Origin: a virus
Reading direction: 5' to 3' (one strand)
IMG/VR virus record: IMGVR_UViG_3300045988_059421
Location: 1 to 18,502 of that record
DNA: 18,502 bases
The position numbers were made by a program, and so were the translations under genes. The notes below the pieces were generated by a model. It saw only the letters and a program-made list of their open reading frames with translations, did no database searches and was not told the origin of the DNA. Positions 5,782-14,313 of the stretch are shown piece by piece. Within the stretch, counting starts at the first letter, position 1. Each line of letters begins with the position of its first letter.

Positions 5782-6715
5782 TGTTTTCTTCCTTTCTTTC
5801 CTTTTCTTTGATTTGTTTCTGATACATTACGTCGTCTGTATCTTCCAAAATCAAACGGTCGTCATAATCTTCCTTGTATTCGCACCAAACATCCAAACCA
5901 AACAATTTGTTGATTTTTTCGCAAGCCTTTTGCCGTTCATTCAAACGGTTGTACCGCGCCGCGATAGTACCGCCCATGTTGCGCGACACTTCGTCTGTAA
6001 TCAAGCGTTCTTTCTTCTGCAACGACGTGTTTGAAATGCCAAGGTATGTCAAAGCTTCGTTGAAAATCTGTGTTTTGATTTCGTACAGTTTGTCTGCAAC
6101 ATACGGCGCGTCTGTCTTTAAAACCGTAAAGTCATTGATAGATAAATTCTTGTCACCGAAAATAAACGGCTGATTTCCGTCATACTTCATGTACAAGTTT
6201 TTCATCGTCAATCGTTTGCTTTCATCTGCCAAAATCAAAATCGGTGTTTTCTGGGCATTGATATTTATATCTATGATTTCATCAATCTTTCCAAGCCTGT
6301 CCGCAAATGATACTAACTGCATCAGGGACGGTGTGCGGAGATAATTGTTATAAATCATCACGCCCGTTTCTTGCGTCAAGGGGTATCTGTAATTATTATA
6401 CATGCTACGCGCCGTAAACTGTAACGGCTGTCCGTACACGTCGTAGCCGCTTGTGCTGACGTTTACGGGCAATGTCATGTACATGTCGAGCGCGTCGTCC
6501 TTGAAGAACACTGCACGTCCGTTAGCCAGTAACGCAAGTTCGAGTGTCCGCACATCACATGTTTCTGGTAGTCCCGTCCAGTCAAACATGGACGCGGAAA
6601 GTTCAACAAGCCTTGCAAGGTACAAGTCGTTGTTAAGTCGGTTTTCAAAAGCCGTACTCCAGAACATGCGGTCTTGCGTGCCGCCGTAATGCTTTGCCCT
6701 CAAACTACTTGCCAT
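5774..6715 (-). CDS. Portal / upper collar connector protein (phi29 gp10-like, 313 aa)
   Basis: It shares motifs with phi29 gp10 as recalled: VMIYNN, NAQKTPILI, KTDAPYVADKL, LGISNTSLQKKERLITDEVS and ACEKINKLFGLDV. Its size matches gp10 (309 aa). RBS AAGAGGTG. Confidence 0.9.
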   Translation of the reverse strand: MASSLRAKHYGGTQDRMFWSTAFENRLNNDLYLARLVELSASMFDWTGLPETCDVRTLELALLANGRAVFFKDDALDMYMTLPVNVSTSGYDVYGQPLQFTARSMYNNYRYPLTQETGVMIYNNYLRTPSLMQLVSFADRLGKIDEIIDININAQKTPILILADESKRLTMKNLYMKYDGNQPFIFGDKNLSINDFTVLKTDAPYVADKLYEIKTQIFNEALTYLGISNTSLQKKERLITDEVSRNMGGTIAARYNRLNERQKACEKINKLFGLDVWCEYKEDYDDRLILEDTDDVMYQKQIKEKERKEENNE

Positions 6716-6730
6716 GTTATATCACCTCTT

Positions 6731-8404
6731 TTAAATTGAATTGTCAAGCGTATAGTCCCCGACTTCATCACCGTTTTTCCAGAATGTAATTCCGTTATCA
6801 TAAATTTTGCAAATCATATCCTCATCATCTCCGGGGCAGTTTGCATTGATTGTACAGGCGTTAGTACGGGTATATGTCCAGTGTGGGCGAACATTTCGGT
6901 TCGGAATTTTGACTTCGTTGCACTTATACCCCCATCTGTCAAAGTAGCCGTCAATGATTTTAGCATACTCGGCTTTACAACACATGCTGTAAAAGGTGGG
7001 TCGCAAATTATCTGTAGCCGCTGTAACGCTTGTCGCATTACTTAATCCGTATGCTGTATCAGGGACTTCTGCCAAGTCCGCTTGCTTTGCTAACTGTTCC
7101 GCTTCAATTTGCATACTATCTATAGTTGCAGTTACGCCTGTTCCCAAAACAGAAGTCGCACCCGACAAAGCTAATGCAACGTTACCTGTAGCGATACCCG
7201 CCGCCGCGTTTGTCACACCGCCCACAGCACCTTTAACAGCATTGTAAATAGGTGTTGAGCGCTGATACGCTAAGCTGTTAGAGTTTAAAGCCAAATACGC
7301 GGAAAGAGCGTCACCCAAATATGGGAGCATTGGATATCCTGATATTGTAATAGCTTCATCAAAAAATTCGTCCTTGAATTTATATTTTTGGGGCACAATA
7401 ACTACTTGCGGGTTATTAAAGCCCGTGCCGTATGCCTTAAAAGCAACACTGTTTGCAAGTTTATCGGCGTCACTCTGTTGAAAGTCTTCAAATCGGTAAT
7501 CCTGTACAGCGCCGCTTTGATTGGATAACCTTAAAAAATTGTAGGGGTAACAGAAAAGTTTTTTGTTTCTTGGTGTATAACCGTTTAAATCGCTTGTGTT
7601 CCTCAAAACGTGCATTTCGAGTTCAGCGGGTTCTTTTGGCGGCTGTCCACCATTTACACTAATTGTGATATTTGTATCACACATAAACACAGGTAAAGTA
7701 TAAACAGATTGTAGGGCAGACTGTTTTCCCGATGCAAGATAATAAGAAAGATCGTTCATCACACCAATATTATCAACACCCGTAACTTCACCATTTGTTT
7801 TAACCTGTTTGCTACACCCAATATACATATTACAAGGAACGCCATAAGCTTTAGTTTGTGCTTTCGTTTCGCTTCCAAGCGCGCTTGACGGTTCAGAAGC
7901 CGTATAGATAACGCCTTTAGGTGAAAATAAAACGTTGTCTTCCCACTGTACCCCATTTACAATAGGTTCACCATAACCGATATTTTCGGGGACAGTGTGG
8001 GTAAAAATTGTATCATCTGCAACATGTTCACGGTCAACAAAACACGCTTGCAGCGTGTAATCAAAAAACCACGTCTGCATAACATCAAGCGTAAATGTGA
8101 CTTCGCAAGTGACGTTGTTTACATACTCAACGCTTTCAATAAACGCATAAAACCACTTGTTATTATACGCGGTGTTTTGATACATCAGATAGTTGCAGTT
8201 ATACAATTCGTCTGCTGAACACTCTACACGCATCCACCCACGTTTTTCACGCTGATATGAAACACCCGTAAACGTCTTTTTGACGTGCTTTCGAAAATAC
8301 GCATACTGCGCGTCAGCGTCGTCAAAATAAATAGTATGCTGATAGTTATTGTTGATTGGAATACCGCTTAAAATATATACTTTGCTGTTTGGAACGATAT
8401 ACAT
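6731..8404 (-). CDS. Tail knob protein (phi29 gp9-like, 557 aa)
   Basis: Motifs shared with phi29 gp9 as recalled: NKWFYAF, DVMQTWFFD, DREHV, LSAYLALNSNSL, AKQADLAEVP and a C-terminal GYKCNEVKIPN...DNGITFW. Its position between the capsid and portal genes matches phi29. Confidence 0.85.
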   Translation of the reverse strand: MYIVPNSKVYILSGIPINNNYQHTIYFDDADAQYAYFRKHVKKTFTGVSYQREKRGWMRVECSADELYNCNYLMYQNTAYNNKWFYAFIESVEYVNNVTCEVTFTLDVMQTWFFDYTLQACFVDREHVADDTIFTHTVPENIGYGEPIVNGVQWEDNVLFSPKGVIYTASEPSSALGSETKAQTKAYGVPCNMYIGCSKQVKTNGEVTGVDNIGVMNDLSYYLASGKQSALQSVYTLPVFMCDTNITISVNGGQPPKEPAELEMHVLRNTSDLNGYTPRNKKLFCYPYNFLRLSNQSGAVQDYRFEDFQQSDADKLANSVAFKAYGTGFNNPQVVIVPQKYKFKDEFFDEAITISGYPMLPYLGDALSAYLALNSNSLAYQRSTPIYNAVKGAVGGVTNAAAGIATGNVALALSGATSVLGTGVTATIDSMQIEAEQLAKQADLAEVPDTAYGLSNATSVTAATDNLRPTFYSMCCKAEYAKIIDGYFDRWGYKCNEVKIPNRNVRPHWTYTRTNACTINANCPGDDEDMICKIYDNGITFWKNGDEVGDYTLDNSI

Positions 8405-8432
8405 AATATTGTATACTCCTTTAATAAGTCTT

Positions 8433-8454
8433 AACCCTCCATTGCTGGAGGGTT
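8433..8454 (-). other. Stem-loop between the capsid and tail knob genes
   Basis: AACCCTCC (8433-8440) pairs with GGAGGGTT (8447-8454), giving an 8-bp GC-rich stem and a 6-nt loop. No U-tract follows on the minus strand. It may act as a partial terminator or an mRNA stabiliser. Confidence 0.35.
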
Positions 8455-8473
8455 TGACTTACATTGAATTAGT

Positions 8474-9823
8474 TTACTGCACGGTAATCACACAAGTGCC
8501 GCTCTTTGTGGTATCGAACTTAGACGTTGCTTTAATGTTTGCCGTGCCGCTTGCAGTCGGGTCAACCTTAACAACGCCGGACGCAGACACCGTAACGAGC
8601 GGATTATCGCTCGACCATGTAACGGCCTGCGGTGCAAAGTTGGTTGTTGCAACATTTGCAGTAATGGTAAGCACCTGACCTTTGGAAACGGTTGCCTGTT
8701 CCGGGGACACCGTAACGCCTGTAACGGTCGGAGTTCCGGGGATAAACGCGATAGCATTCGCGAACGGGGAAACGCTGAACAGCTTCCACACATGAAGATA
8801 ATGGTTCCAGTAAAGACCCTGTACGTTCTCAAGGTCGCGGAACTGCTGGAGCTTATCGTAAATCACGAAATAGTCACGGTCAACGAGGATAGCAGGAATT
8901 TCGTTGAGAGCTTCCAGTTCGTCCTGACTGTACTCGTAATAGTTCGGGTCGTCCTTAAAGAGTTCACCAAGACGCTTTACGTCCAGCTTTCCGAAACCAT
9001 CGACAAGCACAGTATGACCGAGAAGTTCGGCTTCGCTCATGTTGAATGCACGGGCGAGGTTCTTAACGCTCTGGGTTGCATCGAAAGCAGTATTGATAAT
9101 GATATACTGGTCATCGCGCAGGGTATGCGTGGTAACGCCCGCAAGGTTATACTCGTTCGACATAAACAGCAGGTCGTTGGACGCTTTACGCATTGCAACG
9201 GTTGCATCATCGATATTGCTTGTGTTGATCGTCTGAACGCTGATCTGACCACGGGAGAGGTTACGCGCCAGCATATACTTCATGACCTGAAATTCGTCGT
9301 TTTCCATGGCGGTATACAGCTGTTCCGTAATCTTCGAAACGAGGTTATACACGCCGTCTTCGGACATAAACGCAAGACGCAAATCCTGTTCTTCTGTCGT
9401 AGTCTTGTAGAACTTCTGGAAGTTCATCACGTGGAACGCGGACTGTACGTCCGGGATTTCACGCTTAAAGAGTTCTTTTTCTGCAACCGCCGGGTCATAC
9501 TGGAACGGTCGCGCCATAGCTACGAATACTTCTTCAACCGTTTCGCCAAAGTCCAAAAATCCCTTTTTGAACATTGCCCACGGGTTGGAGTAGGACTTTG
9601 AAGTGATAATGACCTTACCGATACGGTTTACGAGCGCGGACAGGAACTCATTCTGAAGCGCGGGCATGTCCATGATGATTGCGCCGATTTCACGAATGCT
9701 GTCTGCATCCGGGGTCACAACCGGGACATAGTTACGGTAATTTACAGACGCCGAATTTCGGATTGCATTCAACACGTCTGCGGAACTGTTTGTAAGGGTT
9801 CTTACTTTCGGCTTAGTTGCCAT
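8474..9823 (-). CDS. Major capsid protein with a C-terminal Big_2 Ig-like domain (449 aa)
   Basis: Its size (phi29 gp8 is 448 aa) and its position after the scaffold gene match phi29. The C-terminal ~85 aa, TVTGVTVSPEQATVSKGQVLTITANV...AVTWSSDNPLVTVSASGVVKV...GTANIKATS, form a classic bacterial Ig-like group 2 domain, as in phi29 gp8. Confidence 0.9.
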   Translation of the reverse strand: MATKPKVRTLTNSSADVLNAIRNSASVNYRNYVPVVTPDADSIREIGAIIMDMPALQNEFLSALVNRIGKVIITSKSYSNPWAMFKKGFLDFGETVEEVFVAMARPFQYDPAVAEKELFKREIPDVQSAFHVMNFQKFYKTTTEEQDLRLAFMSEDGVYNLVSKITEQLYTAMENDEFQVMKYMLARNLSRGQISVQTINTSNIDDATVAMRKASNDLLFMSNEYNLAGVTTHTLRDDQYIIINTAFDATQSVKNLARAFNMSEAELLGHTVLVDGFGKLDVKRLGELFKDDPNYYEYSQDELEALNEIPAILVDRDYFVIYDKLQQFRDLENVQGLYWNHYLHVWKLFSVSPFANAIAFIPGTPTVTGVTVSPEQATVSKGQVLTITANVATTNFAPQAVTWSSDNPLVTVSASGVVKVDPTASGTANIKATSKFDTTKSGTCVITVQ

Positions 9824-9839
9824 TGAAAATCATCCTTTC

Positions 9840-10121
9840 TTATTTGAATAAATCGTTGAACGTGATATGTTCTGCACGTTCGGTTGCATCTTCGGGTTCG
9901 TCGGGTTTACTGGTTTCCGGCTTGCCCTCAAAGAAACGGCTTGTATATTTTTCACGCCATTCTTTATCTTTCTTCGCTGTTGCTTCTTCCGCCGCAGACA
10001 GTCTGGTGCTAAAATCATTAAACGTGTCCGCAACGTCTTCGGCAATTTCTAACATTCTATCAGGTGTAAAGTCACCTGACGCAAACATTTCCTTAAACTG
10101 TTCAAGATTTTTTACTGCCAT
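9840..10121 (-). CDS. Scaffolding protein (phi29 gp7-like, 93 aa)
   Basis: Small, acidic and predicted helical, lying directly upstream of the capsid gene. The C-terminal ...ERAEHITFNDLFK resembles the phi29 gp7 tail ...ETITIEDLEAK, recalled from memory. Confidence 0.7.
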   Translation of the reverse strand: MAVKNLEQFKEMFASGDFTPDRMLEIAEDVADTFNDFSTRLSAAEEATAKKDKEWREKYTSRFFEGKPETSKPDEPEDATERAEHITFNDLFK

Positions 10122-11276
10122 TTAAATCATTCTCTTTCTGTAGCCAAGACACATCATCCATATAGGCATGGATTTTCTGCCCGGTGTTGGTGGTTCTGGT
10201 GGTTCTGGTGGTGTAGGCGGGGTATCAGGGTCATATTTTACAAGGTAGTTATACCAATATCTCGCAGCCTTTTCACGGTCTGCGCGGGTTTCTTCGGGGT
10301 AGGCCGGGCGCTCGTATGTGTCCAAAAATACACTCGCAAGGTATTCGGGACTTTCCGTCGATGCCTTAAATTCGGCATAACTCATGTTGTACGGACTAAC
10401 AGGATACCACAGGTTTGTAGCGTTACTCAAAAAATAGCATTGCGCTGTACCATCGTCGGGGCTGCCTTGCACGTCGCTAAAGTGTGGTGCGTACCCGGGG
10501 GACGATTTTGCAATATCTGCGTCAATATATTTTTGAGGTGGAGTAAACTGTACCAAACCATAACCAATGTCGTCCTTTCTATAATCCGTCGACGGTAGGG
10601 GTTCATCCCAACCCCACCGCCACGGATTGTACCCGCTCTCCCATTCCATGTTGCCAAGGACAGCAGAGACGGCGTTTAATGTCCACCCGAGCGACTGCAC
10701 TAAAGCCTTGTAAATCATAATCGCATTGTCTTGCGCTTCAGAACTCTCACGGGAGTAACCGTAAAGGTTTTTTGCGTGCCATTTCGCGTCGGGTAAAGGT
10801 GGTTTCGGTTGCGGTGTGTTTGCGTCCCACGTAACATTATACGTGCCTACACCATTCGGTATACGCAAGATAGAGGACGGGTCTTTTCTGTAGGCGATTG
10901 TTTGTCCGCCGTCCCAGTATTCCCAGTGGGTGTGTACGCCGGTTACGTTACCTGTTTCGCCTTGCGTGCCGATAAACTGCCCTTTTGCAATGGTATCACC
11001 CTCAGACCAAATCTGTGACGCAAAGTGCGCGGCAAGCCAATACTTGTTTGGTTCAAACTCTACAAGTATCATGTTGCCCCACGACATATTGCCCGTTATG
11101 GTGCTGCCGTCCCACACCTGCGCCCATACAACCTTTCCGGCTAAAGGTGCATATGCCTTGTGATTGTCATGCACGGTATCAATACCGCCATGCTCACCGC
11201 CGCCGTCGTAGTACGGGTAGCCCGCACTTTCATAGATTGTCTTTTGGTCTGTAATACATTGCTTATAGGTTGCCAT
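10122..11276 (-). CDS. Tail-associated peptidoglycan hydrolase: N-terminal M23 peptidase plus C-terminal phage-tail lysozyme-like domain (384 aa)
   Basis: M23 motifs are present: HGGID (HxxxD) and GVHTHWE (HxH). The C-terminal half carries LGNMEWESGYNP...GYGLVQFTP, typical of the phage tail lysozyme family. It ends with a Pro-rich PDTPPTPPEPPEPPTPG stretch and a short hydrophobic/basic tail. It is the functional analogue of phi29 gp13. Confidence 0.85.
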   Translation of the reverse strand: MATYKQCITDQKTIYESAGYPYYDGGGEHGGIDTVHDNHKAYAPLAGKVVWAQVWDGSTITGNMSWGNMILVEFEPNKYWLAAHFASQIWSEGDTIAKGQFIGTQGETGNVTGVHTHWEYWDGGQTIAYRKDPSSILRIPNGVGTYNVTWDANTPQPKPPLPDAKWHAKNLYGYSRESSEAQDNAIMIYKALVQSLGWTLNAVSAVLGNMEWESGYNPWRWGWDEPLPSTDYRKDDIGYGLVQFTPPQKYIDADIAKSSPGYAPHFSDVQGSPDDGTAQCYFLSNATNLWYPVSPYNMSYAEFKASTESPEYLASVFLDTYERPAYPEETRADREKAARYWYNYLVKYDPDTPPTPPEPPEPPTPGRKSMPIWMMCLGYRKRMI

Positions 11277-11277
11277 G

Positions 11278-11997
11278 TTAAATCAAGCTTTCAATTTCGT
11301 TTGCAAGGACTTCAATCTGTTCGAGTTTCGTTCGGATTAAATCCTTGTTGTCACTTTTCTTGCTGTAGCCGTTCAAGCCCTTAGCTTTAATCTGGGACGG
11401 ATAATCATAATACGCGTAGTCTGCGTCCACTTTACCCGAGACACCGTTTACGGTATGACTGTTTGTATACTGCCAGATACCCGCGTTTTCGTATTGGCAA
11501 ACGTCGTTCCACTGTGCACACCATACGGCGTAGCGGGATAGTTTCGACATGTCGAGCATGTTTGAGAGGTAATACAAAGACGCGTAGATTCCTACCCAGT
11601 AACCGTTGCTCTCCACTGTGCTAACGATTTTAGCCGCGATGCTGCTATATTTTGCTTTACCGAGGCGTTTTGCTATTTCGTCTTCCTCAAGGTCGATATA
11701 CACCGGGTAATCAAACTGTTTACCCTTTAAGGCTTTGATAAAGCTTGCGGCTTCGTCTGTCGCCATGTCTAAGTTTTCGGCGTAGCTGTACCAATATGCA
11801 CCCACGCCAAGCCCTGCGGCTTTCGCTTTTTTGTAGTATTCCTCAAACCTTGCGTCGTACTGTTCCGGGTAACGGTTTGCACTGCCGTAACCGGCGCGGA
11901 GTAAAACAAAGTCAATGCCCGAGGATTTTAGCTTGTTAAAGTCAACTGTTCCCTGATGTTCGGATAGGTCGATGCCTTTTGAAAAGATTTTTGTCAT
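11278..11997 (-). CDS. GH25 muramidase endolysin (239 aa from ATG 11997)
   Basis: KGIDLSEHQGTVDFNKLKSSGIDFVLLRAGYG is the canonical GH25 N-terminus. The ORF track extends it to 12021, but the ATG at 11997 follows AGGTG by 8 nt and avoids overlap with the upstream gene. No recognisable cell-wall-binding domain; the tail is short and coiled-coil-like. Confidence 0.85.
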   Translation of the reverse strand: MTKIFSKGIDLSEHQGTVDFNKLKSSGIDFVLLRAGYGSANRYPEQYDARFEEYYKKAKAAGLGVGAYWYSYAENLDMATDEAASFIKALKGKQFDYPVYIDLEEDEIAKRLGKAKYSSIAAKIVSTVESNGYWVGIYASLYYLSNMLDMSKLSRYAVWCAQWNDVCQYENAGIWQYTNSHTVNGVSGKVDADYAYYDYPSQIKAKGLNGYSKKSDNKDLIRTKLEQIEVLANEIESLI

Positions 11998-12001
11998 GTT
12001 A

Positions 12002-12946
12002 TCACACCTGCGGTAGTACATTCGGTTTAAAATAATAGTTGTAATTTATAAGCCCTGATGTAGTGTCGCCGTAAATAGACGCTTTATTCAACGCTGTTAT
12101 TACATGATCTTCGTGCTTGCACGGAAATGAAGCCATAAACGGCGAGCCGGTCCTATCCGAAACGACTATTAACATTCCCTTGTCTATATCGATTATAACG
12201 GTATTATCACCATCAGCGATATGCAATCCTAACACATCATTACCTTTCGAGTTGTCTGCTGTGCGGTAAGTAAACTCTAATTCCAATACTGCTTTTGCCC
12301 CAGTTTTATTCTTAACCCTAAACTTTATCATGCTCAAGCTGCGGTTTTCAGGTATAGGGCTGGAAGTCATTGGAAAGACACTATTCTGAACTTGCATTTT
12401 GTATAACCCGTACTGCAAGTTTTCAAAAGCTGTTGAAACAATGCTGCGAAAGTCCGAAATATCTTTGTGGTTTTTGTTTACACCATACGAAAGATAACCA
12501 AATAACGCGTTATCATAGTTATACGGCGGGGGCATAATACCGAATGTAAAATTGTGCTGGACTTCTTTCCCGGTAGCTTTGTCGATAATCTTGCACGATT
12601 TAACACCTGTAGCACCTCGAGGTAACACTAACACATATCTAAAGGACGTATATGGATTATCTAACGGGTTCGACGAACCAGAGTATATCTTTATGGGTAG
12701 TACGGTTACGCCCTCGTTCGTCTCAAACGTCAATTTAAATTCATCTAAAAATTTTCCTGCTAACTCTATGCATGGAATAATTTTCGAGAATTTGTCTGAA
12801 TATACAACTGCTTTCATATCCGTCAATGGTTCAATCGTCGGAATATCTATTCGCTGTTCGCACGTTAAAATTTGCTTTTTAAACTTAGATACGGGTTTAA
12901 TAATGTATGTCTGCTGGATGCTGTAAATCAACTTATTTTCGCTCAT
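12002..12946 (-). CDS. Hypothetical protein (314 aa), orphan between the holin-like and endolysin genes
   Basis: Long clean ORF. GAGGGTG RBS. TAATG overlap with the upstream stop. No motif I recognise. Confidence 0.75.
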   Translation of the reverse strand: MSENKLIYSIQQTYIIKPVSKFKKQILTCEQRIDIPTIEPLTDMKAVVYSDKFSKIIPCIELAGKFLDEFKLTFETNEGVTVLPIKIYSGSSNPLDNPYTSFRYVLVLPRGATGVKSCKIIDKATGKEVQHNFTFGIMPPPYNYDNALFGYLSYGVNKNHKDISDFRSIVSTAFENLQYGLYKMQVQNSVFPMTSSPIPENRSLSMIKFRVKNKTGAKAVLELEFTYRTADNSKGNDVLGLHIADGDNTVIIDIDKGMLIVVSDRTGSPFMASFPCKHEDHVITALNKASIYGDTTSGLINYNYYFKPNVLPQV

Positions 12947-13158
12947 TACTCTTCACCCTCTTTCTCCACACCCATCTTATCGCAAAGCTTTTGCATAATG
13001 AGCGTGTTATTGTTAAGTGCATCTGTTAGCTTCTGCACTTCATTTCGGTGTGTCTCTTCGAGCTTGTTAATATACCAAAAGCATATCAAACAAACCGCAA
13101 TGGGGAAGCCTAAAGAAGAAATAACCTGCACAATAGCGGTTACGTCCATAAGTATCAC
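12946..13158 (-). CDS. BhlA/UviB-family holin-like protein (70 aa)
   Basis: One N-terminal transmembrane segment (VISSLGFPIAVCLICFWYI) is followed by a charged coiled-coil tail, which is the architecture of BhlA/UviB proteins. First gene of the late operon. AGGAG lies 8 nt upstream. Confidence 0.6.
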   Translation of the reverse strand: MILMDVTAIVQVISSLGFPIAVCLICFWYINKLEETHRNEVQKLTDALNNNTLIMQKLCDKMGVEKEGEE

Positions 13159-13193
13159 TCCTATCTGTTATATTGACCACCTTTTATACTAAT

Positions 13194-13222
13194 AGTATAG
13201 CACAAGGGTGTTGACTTGTCAA
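13194..13222 (-). promoter_or_regulatory. Late-operon promoter (minus strand)
   Basis: Read on the minus strand it is TTGACA, a 17-nt spacer, then TATACT with an upstream TGc (TGTGCTATACT). On plus-strand coordinates the -35 is at 13217-13222 and the -10 at 13194-13199. It lies about 30 nt upstream of the holin-like gene. Confidence 0.7.
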
Positions 13223-13239
13223 TATACTTGTGGTATAAT
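13211..13239 (+). promoter_or_regulatory. Promoter of the packaging ATPase gene
   Basis: TTGACT (13211-13216), a 17-nt spacer, then TATAAT (13234-13239) preceded by TGg (TTGTGGTATAAT). It lies 33 nt upstream of ATG 13273. Confidence 0.75.
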
Positions 13240-13272
13240 TTAGATAGAAATAATACACGGAGTTGAAATATA

Positions 13273-14313
13273 ATGCCAAAATCGAATTATTACGACGGAA
13301 CAAAACTATTGTCATTAAAGGATATAAACGGAAAGACACCCGAGGTGTTCATGTGCACCTCTAACCGTAGCGCGGGTAAAACAACCTATTTTAATAGGCT
13401 TGTGGTAAACAGGTTTATTAAACGTGGTGCAAAGTTCGCGTTACTGTATCGATTTAACTATGAGTTAGACGGCTGTGACGAAAAGTTCTTTAAAGATATA
13501 AAAGAATTATTCTTTCCTGAATATGAAATGACCGCCGCAAAAAAGATGAAGGGCATATATCAAGAGTTATATTTGAATGAAGAACCATGCGGCTATGCAA
13601 TTTCTATAAATTCTGCTGACCAATTAAAGCGCAATTCACATTTATTCAGTGATATCGATAACATTATATTCGATGAATTCCAGTCCGAGCAGAACCACTA
13701 CTGTGACAAAGAGGTTGAAAAGTTCATATCTATTCATAATTCTATTGCACGTGGACGTAGCAAACAATCCCGCTACGTACCCGTATATATGATTTCTAAC
13801 CCTGTAACGATACTCAACCCGTATTACGTTGCAATGGATATTTCAACCCGACTTCAAAAAGATACGCATTTCTTGCGTGGTGACGGCTTTGTCCTTGAAC
13901 AGGGTTACAACGAAACGGCGGCGAAAGCGTTAAAGTCAAGCGCTTTTAACCGAGCGTTTGGTTCGAGTGATTATATCGCGTACAGCGCCGAGGGAGTGTA
14001 TTTACAGGATGATTTATCATTTGTCGATACGCCAACAGGGCGCGGAAAATATGTGGCAACAATACGCTATGCGGGTATTGACTATGGCGTTCGAGAATAT
14101 CCCGAATTGGGTATAGTGTTCTGTGACAAAAGCGTCGATTATCAATATCCGCTTAAAATCACAGTGGACACAGCAGACCATAAATTAAATTATGTTATGG
14201 TATCAAGTAACTTTATCCTTATTCAAAAGCTTCGGTATTATTTTGAACACGGTTGTATGCGGTTCAAAGACCTGCAAGCGAAAGAAGCAATACTAAAAGC
14301 ACTTTCATTCTAA
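13273..14313 (+). CDS. DNA encapsidation ATPase (phi29 gp16-like, 346 aa)
   Basis: Walker A is NRSAGKTT and Walker B is NIIFDEF. VVNRFIKRGAKFALLYR matches phi29 gp16 INRFIKYGEQFIYVRR as recalled. SNPVTILNPYY and a C-terminal GCMRF match gp16 SNAVSVVNPYF and GYLRF. Confidence 0.9.
   Translation: MPKSNYYDGTKLLSLKDINGKTPEVFMCTSNRSAGKTTYFNRLVVNRFIKRGAKFALLYRFNYELDGCDEKFFKDIKELFFPEYEMTAAKKMKGIYQELYLNEEPCGYAISINSADQLKRNSHLFSDIDNIIFDEFQSEQNHYCDKEVEKFISIHNSIARGRSKQSRYVPVYMISNPVTILNPYYVAMDISTRLQKDTHFLRGDGFVLEQGYNETAAKALKSSAFNRAFGSSDYIAYSAEGVYLQDDLSFVDTPTGRGKYVATIRYAGIDYGVREYPELGIVFCDKSVDYQYPLKITVDTADHKLNYVMVSSNFILIQKLRYYFEHGCMRFKDLQAKEAILKALSF

Noticed and set aside
8792-9601. Long antisense or alternate-frame ORFs inside large genes: 8792-9601 (+), 15678-16241 (+), 4212-4676 (+), 3796-4176 (+), 12552-12926 (+), 16692-17066 (+), 8488-8832 (-) and 6814-7038 (-).
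   Set aside because: Each lies wholly within a gene that has strong family motifs on the other strand or frame. They lack RBSs and have skewed compositions (Arg-, Cys- or Leu-rich) typical of shadow ORFs.
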